Positions 22,600-34,238 of a DNA stretch of 64,000 bases are shown here, piece after piece. The stretch's first letter is position 1. Each line of letters starts with the position of its first letter. The notes under the pieces are model-generated. The model ran no database searches. It was not told the DNA's origin and saw nothing but the letters and a program-made list of their open reading frames with translations. Source of the stretch: Pelomyxa schiedti (taxonomy: Eukaryota > Protista > Evosea); the NCBI GenBank assembly GCA_020536535.1, contig JAHLWZ010000116.1, positions 1 through 64,000 on the forward strand, read 5' to 3'. Both the position numbers and the translations under genes were made by a program.

Positions 22600-24838
22600 A
22601 TGAAAAGGCCCAACTACGACGGCGACAACTCGGGGCAGCAGCGTCGCCACGTCGTCATGGTGTCGCGTGTCCTGTGGGAGCAAGTTGTGGTGCCGTGGGT
22701 GCTGGCCCCGGCGCGCGGGGCGCTCCCGTGGGGCGAGGCCCTGCCCGAGGCCGTGGCCGGGTGCGTGTTCCGCGTGGCCGAGGCCGCCTTCCCCCTCGTC
22801 GCCCTGTGCTCCCGCGCCGTCGCAGAGACCAACGCCGCAGCGTGCGCGTCGCGGTGGGCCGAGTGGGGGCGGTGCAGCACCGTCGAGGCCGCCGCCGCGG
22901 CTCCAAGCCCCAGGTGCGTCGCCTGGATTGTGTCGCCGGCGCGCCGCGCTGCGTCGCGCAATTGGGATGATGAAGAGGGGATAATGGGAGCTGGTGAGAG
23001 GAGGAAGGCGAGGGAGCAGATCGCGGTGGTTTGTGGGCTGTGCTGTGGTGGCCACTTGGCTATGGCCAACCGGTTTGTGGAGAATAATTGGGAGGATCAG
23101 GTGATGTGGCCGCCGCCAAAGAATGATAGAGGCACGGAGAAATGGCTTCCAAACTGCTCCGCTGAAACTGTCATCCCGGTGTCTCTGTTTTTTTTTTTTT
23201 TTTTTTAATTTTACTCTATTTCTGATAGTGGAATTAAGGCACCTGGGACAGTGTTGTTTGATGAATTCTACAGTGAAAGGGGGATATCCCACATAATGAG
23301 GGTAGTGTGTTTAACGGGAAACTTGGATGCTGTCAAGTGGATTCTTTCAAGGTTACTCCATGTCACAGAACAAAATAAGATGATTTTGAAGGACTTCCTG
23401 CACTGTGCCGCGTACTGTGGGCATGTGCACATCCTCAAGTGGCTCGTAGACACATTTAACTTGGGGGAGGCTTCCCGTGATATGTCCATTGAGACTTCTT
23501 TCCACGTAAAAAACAGTGCCTCTGAGCTGAGGGACTGTGTTGAGACCTTTCCTCACTGGAACTGGCCTCCGAGCTCCCAGGTGTTGGCATGGACAACAGC
23601 AGCGTGCAAGTGTTCACCAGCCAACGAGATCATTGAGGTGTGCCAATGGTTCAAAGCCAAATTCTCGTTGAGTGGGGCTGATTTCATAACTGCCGATGTA
23701 CTTCCAAAGCACATGGAGGTTATCCAGTGGGCACTCTCTGATGTCACTGACCATTATGTTTTGAACGAAGCCTGGAATGGATCATGTTTCCAGCTTGGGA
23801 ATGTGGAACTTGGTGAGTGGTTCATTGAGAAAAAGGGAATCACCCCCACCTCCAGTAACTTCAAGACTGCTTGCCGCGGGAAGCATGACAACGTGGCGTT
23901 TGTTGAATGGTTGTCAAAGAAGATTTCAGTCTCTGGTTGTCTTGATGACGCACTCCGCAATGCATTGGGCTCCAGGAATGAGTTGATTTCCAGGTGGTTG
24001 GAGAAGTGCATCGTCGCCACGACAAATTCGAGGCCAAGAGTTTCTCTTTCATCGTTGGGAGACTGGATTGCTGCAGTCAATGTCACACTGGTCTGAATGT
24101 ATCAGGAGCCACTCAATCCATCCTTCAGGATCAGATTTAATGTTAACCACTGAGGTTACTTCTCTTGTGCAAAAGTATGCTTGGCTCGACCCAATCAAAT
24201 ACTCCGTTGCCGTTGCAGTGTGGAAGAAGTTCTCGTTGTGCCCAGTGACACACCACGGCATCCTTGTTAATTTGCTGGGGTATATTGTCAAGCAGGGAAC
24301 AGTTCACCAATTCAAGGAAGCCGTGTCTCTTGGTGAAATCACTCCCACTGAAGGGGAACAGCTCCTCGCTCAGTGCAGCAACAGCGCAGATGCATCCAGC
24401 AAGGTTGTGAAGTGGCTGTGTTCACGTGTGCTCCGACCAAGCAGCAGTGATGAGCCGGCGTTGGTAACCCGGGCGTTGCCAAGCATTTATGCGATTTTTG
24501 TGGACATGCTTTCCAGAAACAAACGGTCTTGTGTTGAATGGCTTTCCAAAAAGTTTCACCTGGAACTGCCAAATGTATGCCCGTGCCTGTTCACACCGAT
24601 TTCTTCTCTCACACTCACTTGCAAACAGGTTATTGCCGCAAACCAGAAACGGAGCTCCCGACTTGTTGATGTGGCAACATGGAAGCTCATGTTGAAGATT
24701 TTCCCAGACCTCGACAGGGATGTTGCCGTCATTCACTTCCTTGATGTTGTGTCAGCATCACCACAGCACTCACAGCTCACAATTGACAAGCTTGGTGTCA
24801 CCCAAGAGGAAATTCTTTTCTATTGCTCAACATCGTGA
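22600..24838 (+). pseudogene. Ankyrin-like lineage-specific protein copy 2, disrupted by an internal inversion of about 78 bp
   Basis: Colinear with copy 1 except about 24068-24146, where the homologous peptide GWIEWLLIHSDQCDIDCS is on the minus strand. This gives a stop at 24096 and a +1 frame change. Confidence 0.8.
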
Positions 24839-24957
24839 ATTTCATAAAACCAAACACTGCCACTGTTCACAGTAGTCTTTGAGGGACCTTGTATTTTTTC
24901 CCCATCCCATAGCCCAGGAACACGAATCAAACCCACTTTTCCCAAGAAATCAATGAG

Positions 24958-25900
24958 ATGATGAGGTACTCCTTGCCCGCGACAAACCCAACAACGTTCC
25001 TGTTGGTGACATCACACTCAACAGCTATTCCACATTGGGTGCACCCACTTGCGTTGACACATCGCGAGCAGCAACGCCAACACGCGGGCGACCCGACACT
25101 CGCATGGCACAGCGTGCGAACATTCGGCAGTTGGAAGATACCAATTACATGAAACCAGGGGACACATGGTTCCTGATTTCGACGCCATGGTTCAATCAAT
25201 GGAAGTGTTACGTGATGTATGACAACCCAACGTCATTCCCTGATGTATGTGTGATGTTACCTTTTGGCAAGTACTTGAACCGAAATTCAGGAGGAGGAGG
25301 AGCTGGGCACATGTAGACCAGGGCCTATTTCAAACAGTTACCTCCTTGAGGAAGATGGAAACCTGAAACCGTTTGCAACTGAAACATATGATTATGACCT
25401 GGTCAGCGAGGTTATGTGGAAAACATTGCAGTCATGGTATTCAGGTGGGCCTGAAATCCCTCGTCCTGTGATTGAAACGGCGGGTATGTATGGCCAGATT
25501 TTCCACGTCGAGGTGAGGCCACTGGAACTGTTCATTGTGAAATCCTCTGACACAACACAATACATTCACTGCTTTTTCAGCAGAATTGACACTGCTGGGC
25601 ATCTCAAGGTAATCCAAACCTACAACCCTGGACTAAGAAACATTCCATCCCAAACACACAGAGAACAATGTGTGCTGCCATGGGACTGGACTCTGACAAT
25701 GTGCGTGTTTGGGACCACCTCCAACAACAGTGGCTGAAAGTTCTCACGGATCATCAGACTCTCGCATCTGGACATATTGTCAACAACCAGTTGGTACAAT
25801 TTCTGAAAAAACTTACTTTGGTCTGATAATTGAGCATTAGGTCATGCTGGAGGAAAGAAATCCTGATGGTTCTTGGCCAAGGGATTCTTTTTCCTCATGA
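24958..25900 (+). CDS. DUSP-UBL-only protein copy 2
   Basis: WFLISTPWFNQWKCYV, PGPISNSYLL, DYDLVSEVMWKTLQSWYSGGPEIPRPVI, VEVRPLEL, FSRIDT, VRVW, MLEERNPDGSWPRDSFSS*. Confidence 0.85.
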
Positions 25901-26086
25901 CGTCTCGCGATCTCAAAGGGGGCAGTTATCATCAACAATCCCTATCATCACGATGGGATTGACTGTAATTAACACAAAATCCCTCTGCATCGTGAGATGT
26001 AGATCAATCGCTCAGAAATTTCTTCCCAAGTTGGGGACAAACAAGACCCGACCGGGCTAACAATTTGTTGACAACTGCCCGGCAAA

Positions 26087-27012
26087 ATGAAGGGTGCTGA
26101 TGACAACGAAATCACAGTGGGTACTTCTGCACCGCCAAACGCATCAGAGGCTGACATTATCAGACACCTCATTTCGACGACCCCGATGAGGGAGGGATGC
26201 ACGTGGTACCTCATTTCGACGAGGTGGTTAAATTGCTGGAGACGGTCTGTATGGTGGCATGGCTTCCCAATTGTGCGTGTGTTTCATGCACCCTGTCCCC
26301 TTCCCCCTCTTTGGACTGACCTGGACAACACAGTCCCCCATTGTCAATCCAGGACCAATTCAGAATGGCTGTCTCCTTGAGGAAGATGGAGACCTCAAGC
26401 AGTTTCTGGGTGACATGGCGGATTATGAGGCAGTCAGCGAAGTTGTGTGGCACACACTTCATTCATGGTATTCTGGTGGGCCTGAAATCCCTCGCCCTGT
26501 GATTTGCATGCCTGGTCTGTATGGCCAGATTTTCCGCACAGTGGAGGTGAGGCCACTGAAACTGCTTGTTTTAAAATCCTCTGACCCGGCACAATGCATT
26601 CGCTGTTGTTTCAGCAAAGTGACCACTGTTGGGCATCTCAAGGTGTGTGCGTGTGTTCCTTTTTCCTGTCACTTGTTCACTCATTCCCACACAGAGGACA
26701 ATGTGTGCAGCAATGGGACTGGACCCTGACAATGTTAGAGTTTGGGACTACTACAAAGAGAACTGGCTGAAGATTCTCAGTGATGACAGCCAAACCCTCA
26801 ACTCTGCTCAGCTTGTAAGCAACCAAGAAGTAGGTCCCCATCCAATTCACACAACCCTGAATGTGAACTCACACTTGGTGCAGGTCATGCTGGATGAAAA
26901 AAACCCTGATGGATCCTGGAACCCCAGAGGGGCTCCCAGATCTGCGAGGTGGTTACAATTCCAAAACTATGACTTCTTGCACATTAGTCAGCCAACCAAG
27001 ACCTCATCATAA
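26087..27012 (+). CDS. DUSP-UBL-only protein copy 3
   Basis: WYLISTRWLNCWRRSV, NPGPIQNGCLL, WYSGGPEIPRPVI, VRVWDYY, MLDEKNPDGSW, then a short tail and stop. Confidence 0.85.
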
Positions 27013-27051
27013 GGTTTTTCTCTGAAAGTTGAAAAATATTGCTTTGAGGTG

Positions 27052-28028
27052 ATGGCCTCAGCGGTAGGAGGCACCCAAGTTGGTTCTTATCTTGTGACTG
27101 TACCGGTTTTTAATCGCTACACCCCGAAACCAGACAACAACTTCGTCGCTCCCGGGTCATCGTCATGATGGAAGATCTAATTTCCATGCCAATCGAACTG
27201 GCTCGAACAGTGTTGCAACTGCAACAATTCAAACTTCACAATCACCTGTCACCGAGCGCAAAGTTTTCAAAAAACTGGTGAAATCAAGCCCAATGCAGGA
27301 AGGAGCCACTTGGTGCCTGATTTCGTTTAATTGGTTCAATCACTGGAAACTCTATGTCAAGTATGATGGTGGGTTTACATATGTACTTACTAACGGGTGA
27401 AGAACCAACCACCGGATTAAACTGGGATTGGGCCTCCACAAAGCCTGGGCCGATACACAACAGTGAGCTGCTGGAACAGGATGGCACTCTCAAACCTGGG
27501 CTTGTTGAAACAGTGGACTATGCCCTGGTCAGTGATGTTGTGTGGCAGGCACTGCAGTCACGGTATTCTGGTGGGCCTGAAATCCCCCGCCCTGTCATTT
27601 CACTTGGTGGTTACTTCAGCAGCTGTCTGTCAGTGGAAGTCTGCCCACTTACATTGAAAATTGTGAAGTCCTCTGACCCAGCATCCCCCATTCGCTGTTG
27701 CTTCAGCAGGATCGCCACTGTTGGGAACCTCAAGGTGTCTCTCCCATCCTTCACTCACTTTTTACTCTATCTCCCAACACACAGAGAACAATGTGTGAAG
27801 CACTGGGACTGGATCCTGACAATGTACGCATTTGGGACTACCATGAGAAAGTATGGCTGAGGCTTCTCCGTGATTGCAATCATACTCTCTGTTTTGATCA
27901 GATTATCGACAACCAATGGGTAGACCCAAAACTATAAGCTTATCTGATCTTCAATCTTCCATCAGATAATGCTGGAGGAAAAAAATGACAATGGCTCTTG
28001 GCCACATGACCACTGGCTAAGCTCATGA
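27052..28028 (+). CDS. DUSP-UBL-only protein copy 4
   Basis: MASAVGGTQ|TTTSS..., WCLISFNWFNHWKLYV, KPGPIHNSELL, YSGGPEIPRPVI, VRIWDY, MLEEKNDNGSWPHDHWLSS*. Confidence 0.85.
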
Positions 28029-28059
28029 ACATATTTATTATTGGGAATAACCAACAACC

Positions 28060-31000
28060 TCAAACTTTGCAAAGCGGGGATAGACAGACACCTTGGCAGT
28101 ATTGTGTGATGGTACCATTGCTCAGGAATTCCCACGCCTGATCCTGCCCATTCTCTAGCCTGTGTGAGTGGTTCGGTGTTAAGGATTGATTGCAAAAAAT
28201 AAGTATTAGGTATTATGTGAAGCTACAAAAGAAATACCTGCATGGACAGGGGTGAGGATTGGGGCTGGAACGTGGGGGTGGGTTGCTTGTATCCGGAAGT
28301 GGTTCCACACTATCAAACATCCACTCCACCATCCATGAAGTTGTGGTGGAATTCTGGGGTTCTGGTGGAACCCGCGATTCCAGGGGCCACACGGGCCTAG
28401 CTTCTGGTGCAATCAGGGTGGTGTTCTGTAGGCTGCGGGCAAGTATGTGCGTTGCGTAGTTGGATACTACCAAGTCATCAATTGCGGACTGTATCAGAAT
28501 CGGCTTGCGGTCCCTGTTGAGGGACTCAACCCACCCAGAAAAATCTGCAGGGTCCCACAATGCCTTAGTGAGTGAGAATAAAGAAGTTGTAATGGTGATA
28601 TATACCTGGTAGAGGGACAGTAGCAACCTTATTTCCCGTTGAGTGTATACAGTAATTCTCAACATCATGTTGATGTAGTGGAATGCAAAGTTCCGCGGTA
28701 GGATTACCGAAAATGGAGTCCCGCCAACACCCATTACAGCCTTATTCAGCATGTCAGACATTCCAAGATACCCTCCACCCACAATGGAGCCCTCTGACAG
28801 GCCTTGCTTGTGCGGTTATGAAGGAATATAGTTTGAAACCTCTTACCATAGAACCCGTACCGCGTCGAATCAATCAGACTTATCCCGGAAGCCTGTGAAG
28901 AATTAATGCTGTTTGGCATTAATGATATTACACACTTGCATTTCAGGATCGTTGACAAGCTGAGCGGTTTAGCAATACTTTCTTTGAGAAACTTCATACC
29001 TGCAGTGTCATGAGCTTCAGCATCAAGTGTGCATTTATGAAGGATTGCATTGTGCACTCCGGTATTGAAACAAAATTCAACAAATTCCGCAATAAAATGT
29101 CGGAAAGAACAAGGGTATCCAAGCGGGAAATTCCATACCAGTCTACAGCAAAGGTAATGCATGAGTTACTGGTGAAAAATAAGTGGAAAATTGATTTGCT
29201 TGGACCTACTTGTAAGAGAAATCCCGCATCCAATCTGCTTGAATTTCAGATCTATCTTCTTAGATCCGGTCAGAATTTAGAAATGCCAAAAGACTGGGAG
29301 TGCATACCAAAAAAACTGTGACCAAATTGGAGTATAAAAGAAGGTTTGGGATTTAACCAGACCGAACAAGGAATTTCAATAAGAAAATTCACTCTAAGTG
29401 TTTCGGTGTCAATAAGTACTTGTTTCGCACCTGGTCTGGAGAGCAGCAACCCACCTCTTTTCAGTGAGACAAACTTGGGGCCATTGAAATGACCTGAGGA
29501 ACTGAATGAAAGGAGGAGCATCAAAAGGACTGTTTACCCCAGAGTGATTTGGCCACGCCTTTGACATCAGGAGTGCACTCATGAGTTTTTATTTCATCAA
29601 ATGAATAGCTGAGGCTACCAGCCCAATGGGAATTCGCTTCTTGAAGCATGAGTTTAACTCTGCCGAGACTGTAGTCTTCACTGACCTGAGTAGTTAGGGT
29701 CTAATGATTACTAATTATGTGATACTGTGATAAAGTCCCACATCAATAAAACGTCATCTAGCAACCAACCCTTGTCCTGCAAGTAAGGCCAAACATTTTT
29801 AGAAAGGTAATCCCAGTCATCTCCAGTCTGTTCTTGTAACAAAGAATCAAAATATGGTGTCCGGAGGATATAACCTCCATTGTTGTTTAGAAGCCATCTT
29901 ATTCCAACAACATATCTGAGTGAAATGAGAGTACTCACTGGAGTTGGAATCTACCTTGTTGCGTGATTCAAAACTTGGGCAGGTTGGATTAACAACAGGG
30001 GTGTGTCATTATCCATTGCATCCAGTTCCACCCAATGAGGTATAAGTTCATTTGTAGCTGTATTAATCACTACAGTCTTGGCATAGGGAGATGTGTATGT
30101 ACTGAGATTTGAGAGTCCAATTACCCCATCCAAGGAAACTTCTTCAAAGTAGCACAGTATTGGTGCAGATACACTGAAGCCATCCAATTCGTTCAGTTGG
30201 TCGGTGTTGCCCACATGGGTTCCCCATCTATCCCGCACACTTGCATGACTACTTATGTTAACACGCCATCCAGTGGGGGTAGTATTGTCACTTTTGAGGT
30301 AAAATGTGCTCGGGAAGGGAAGCATGCACATGGAGGGGTCATAGGGATTGCAACCCGAGTAGCATAACTCGGAAGAAGGGTCACAATAGTTGTAGTCAGA
30401 CATTACGAGAGACAGAGGGACAATGACAAAGATGAGACCGGTAATGAAAAGCAGGGCAACAACCCCATCCAAGATGTATTTCAATATATTCCAGCACGAT
30501 TTCTCAGAACGGTGTGCCGCACAGAGTTGCTGGCATTCGTTTCTCTCCCTGACTGTATCACAAGTTCCAAGAATGAAGAAAATTTTGATAGCCTAATGAA
30601 AGTTAGTACATCTGTGACAGACTAAAACGTGACACACCTGAACACAAACAGCAACCCCGTTCACAATGAGGGAAATGACACACAATGCAAAAAAGGAAAG
30701 CCAGTCATCGCAGCGATCTCCATTCGGCTCAGTTGTGGTAAAAACAAGAATAGTCTTCACAACAGCCATCCAGAACGTTGAAACAGCTACTTCAAAGATG
30801 TAAAGCATGAAAGCAAATACTAAAAGCGAGCAAGGTGGAGGAACAAATTCAAACGGAAGCGCATGCGGCTTAAATGGAGGCAATTTGTAAGGCCCAGTGG
30901 AAGTAGTAGCCAGAGAAAAAATGGCGAAGTTACAGATCAAGGCAATGCACCCGTATGACATGCATAGCAAGAACAGGATATAGCGGTGCGCTATTGCCCA

Positions 31001-31876
31001 AATGACAGCCATCATTGAAACCGTTTGAACTATGCATATACAAGCTCCCACACCATGCGCAACAGCCCACGTGAGACCACAAATCATGGTCACCTTTCTT
31101 TGGCTTTTGGGGGGCTGCTGTGCCTCGTAAAGCTTTTCATTGTAGGGGCGAAATACATGCTGGCCGATCCTCTCGCGAGAAGAAGAAAACGGTGAAGACC
31201 ACTGTGAATACTCAGAAGAGAGGGGGTTAGGACCAGGACCAGGGCTTAATGTACTGGCAACAGAAGAAGAAGAAGAACCTGGGGCCTTGTTCTGGAAAGG
31301 AGCAGAGGAAAGAAGTGGTGTGGACTCCTCAGGAGATGGAGCAGATAGGGATTCTGATTCAGATTGAAAAGTTCTTTCAGGACTTGTATGCACCACTAGT
31401 TTTTTTTGCCTTCTCAGAAATGAAGGGGACATAAACGATGGCGCCGGGGGAGCCTGAGAGAACCGCCCAGAATCTGGCGTTGTCTCCATTGTGGGAGTTC
31501 CCCGTGGTGAATTGCCTGTGTCAGAATCCTCACTTGTATTTGTTTCTGTATCACTATCACTGCTTCTCATCTGTAAGCTTCCTGAGATACGATTCTGAGG
31601 GCTAGAAACTTCTGGATCTGCAGCAGTACTGCCAGTACTATAACCGTATGTATCGACAGTATTAGGAGTGCCAGTTGCAATTGTGGGACAGTTGTCAATC
31701 GCAATACTCTCAACAACGTGAGACTCGTTGTCGCAACCAATGTCATTGGTTGGTTGCAACGCAGTCCCACAATTATCGCACGCGTGTGTCTCCGGGGTCT
31801 TGTCCTCGGCGAAAGTATACGCATCGCAGATGCCAGTGGTACACCGAGGGGATGATGGGATGTCGCCGTCGCCCAT
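28060..31876 (-). CDS. Multipass membrane protein fused to a bacterial-type secreted alpha/beta hydrolase
   Basis: Exons join in frame: disordered N-terminus, about 5 hydrophobic helices, CNPYDPSMCMLPFPSTFYL...TPTGWRV...LNELDGFS, LQFGHSFFG, spliced FYGLSEGSIVGG (GxSxG), DDLVV, NPHPC, Cys-rich end. Confidence 0.75.
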
Positions 31877-31995
31877 TCGCCTTTCACAACAACCACCGCG
31901 ACCCACCCGTGTCCCCTCAGCCGTCAACAAGAGAGAACGACTACGCTTTTTTTTGTTGTTTTTTCCAAATCGCATCTGTTTTTACTGAGAGGGGA

Positions 31996-34090
31996 ATGGA
32001 CGACGGGGTTGGTGTGTCCGGATCTGCGACAACTGCAACACGGTCGGCAGTGTTTGGTGGTGTGTTGGGGTTTATCGTCAGCGTGTATGTGGTTGAGACG
32101 TACATACAGTGGCGGCAGCACAGACTGTTCAAGGTCTCGGCCATGCCTCAGAGCATAAGGGCTGTTTTGGACAGAACCACGCCGGGTGCGATGGACGAGA
32201 CAAAGTTCCTCAAGTCGCAGCAGTATTCCGCTGACAAGAGGTACACACACAAACTAGGTGCTTTTTGGTTTTTTTTCCCCCTATCTATTGTTTATTTCGA
32301 TGTGTAATTGGGAGGACAACAGCGTCGTGGAATTCGTTTCTGACTTCCTTGTCACGGTATTCACTGTCGTGTTCCTGGTGCATAATTGGATGCCTTGGTT
32401 GTGGGAGCAATCCAGAAACATATTAAATCACCTGGGAGCCACTTCAGATCACCAGGTATTCTCTCCTAGATTGCATGCTCTGTTTAATCTTTGTCCTCCG
32501 TTAAGATATGGCAATCTCTTGTATTTGCACTCCTAAAGTATTGCATTGATTACTTCTTTGGTCTCCCTTTTTCACTTTACAGGTAAAAAAGCCCCTTCTT
32601 TTGTATTGGTAAAAAAATTGAATTTTTTTAGTACATTTATTGTTGAAGAACGTCACGGTTTTAACCGAACAACTTTAAAGGTTTGCTTTCCTTCCTTCCT
32701 ATTCATTGCACATTAAATTCCTCCAGTTATTCATTGTAGACCAACTTAAATCCTTTGTTCTTCTTTTTGCAATTGGTGGACCGGTTCTTGCTGCAATTAT
32801 CAAGTTAGTAGGTTTGTTGTTCATTTAGAATACTTAAAATTAATCTGAGAACTCACTAGAATGGGGAGGTCCCAATTTCTGGATTTGTATCCTTTTTGAT
32901 ATTTTACCTTCTGACTGATAGGAGCGTTTCCCTTTATTTCCTTTTTAAAATAGATCTTTGGGTGTTTTTATTTTCTTTCTCGTTGCTTGTGATGTTCTTC
33001 ATATTTCCCAACCTGATTTTACCCTGGTTTTACAAGCTTCAACCACTTGAAGAATCACCACTCAAGACTGCTGTTCAGGAATTGTGTCGTAAGGTAACCA
33101 TTTAGAGGCTTCACTAAAGTTATTATTAAATCTCTCCAGGTTAACTTCCCACTGAGTCAATTATTGGTGATGGATGGCTCAAAACGGTCAGGCCACAGTA
33201 ATGCGTATGCCTTTGCCAATTGGCACTTGTTACATTAACCAACCAAAGAATGTTCCTGGGATTGTTTAAAAACAAGAAAATTGTTCTCTATGATACCTTG
33301 AAGGAAAAACTTTCTGTTGATGAAATTCTTGCTGTTTTGGGTTTGTAATATCTTCTTCCCTCTCTGGGCTAATTTCTCTTTTCCAGGACATGAGATTGGT
33401 TTTTTTCTGCCACTCACTCTGTTTCTCTAATATTATTTATGCCAGGACATTACATGCACAACCATCTTTACAAGAATTTGTTCCTCTCCCAAGTCTATAT
33501 CTTGTCATTCTTGTTCTTGTTTAGCAAGTTCATCCACAACACAACACTGTACTCTGCCTTTGGTTTTAACGAACAGCCTGTATGCCGGACTTTTTTTTTT
33601 TTTTTTGCACTGATATCGCTCACAGGTCTTCATTGGCCTCTCGCTTTTTATGTTGGTATATGGACCCGTGGACCATTCCTTCAGTTTCATCATCAACTGG
33701 CTCTCCCGGAAATTTGAATACCAGGCCGACTCATACGCCACACACCTCGGCTTAGACTTGCGGCCCCCTCTTGTCAAACTGGAGGTTTAACCCCAAGCAA
33801 ATTCCCACAACACGCAGCATCCGTCGCGCCGCTTTTCCATCTAACATGCCCCCAAAAAACAGGAACAAAACATGTCCACGCTCATCTGGGACCCGCTGTA
33901 TGCGGCCTACCACCACTCACACCCCTCCCTGGTCGAGAGGCTCCTGGCCATTGCCGCCCTCCACCCCGAGCCACCCATCACAACCCCCGGGCCCGCAACA
34001 ACCACCATCACATCGGCCTGTGAGCCCACAGAACAAGCACAAACAACAGAAACAGAAATACTCCTTGTCACCACCGACGACAACAACTAG
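31996..34090 (+). CDS. STE24: CAAX prenyl protease 1 (peptidase M48), paralogue 1
   Basis: KFLKSQQYSADK, EERHGFNRTT, MDGSKRSGHSNA, IVLYDTL, LAVLGHEIGH, SRKFEYQAD, YAAYHHSHPSLVERL. Confidence 0.93.
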
Positions 34091-34238
34091 CCTCAAGGAC
34101 CTCTCTTTGCACCCCCACAACAACAACAACAACAGCAAAGAGAGTGGCCACTCCAAGCACCACTCGTTGTTTTTTTCCCCCTTTTCGTAGAAACACCCTT
34201 TGGCGTAAGTAAGAAAAATATAACACCAAGTTGCGGTG

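Noticed and set aside
28163-28237. U12-like branch point TCCTTAAC in the last intron of the hydrolase gene
   Set aside because: The donor is GTATTTCT, not GTATCCT; insufficient alone.
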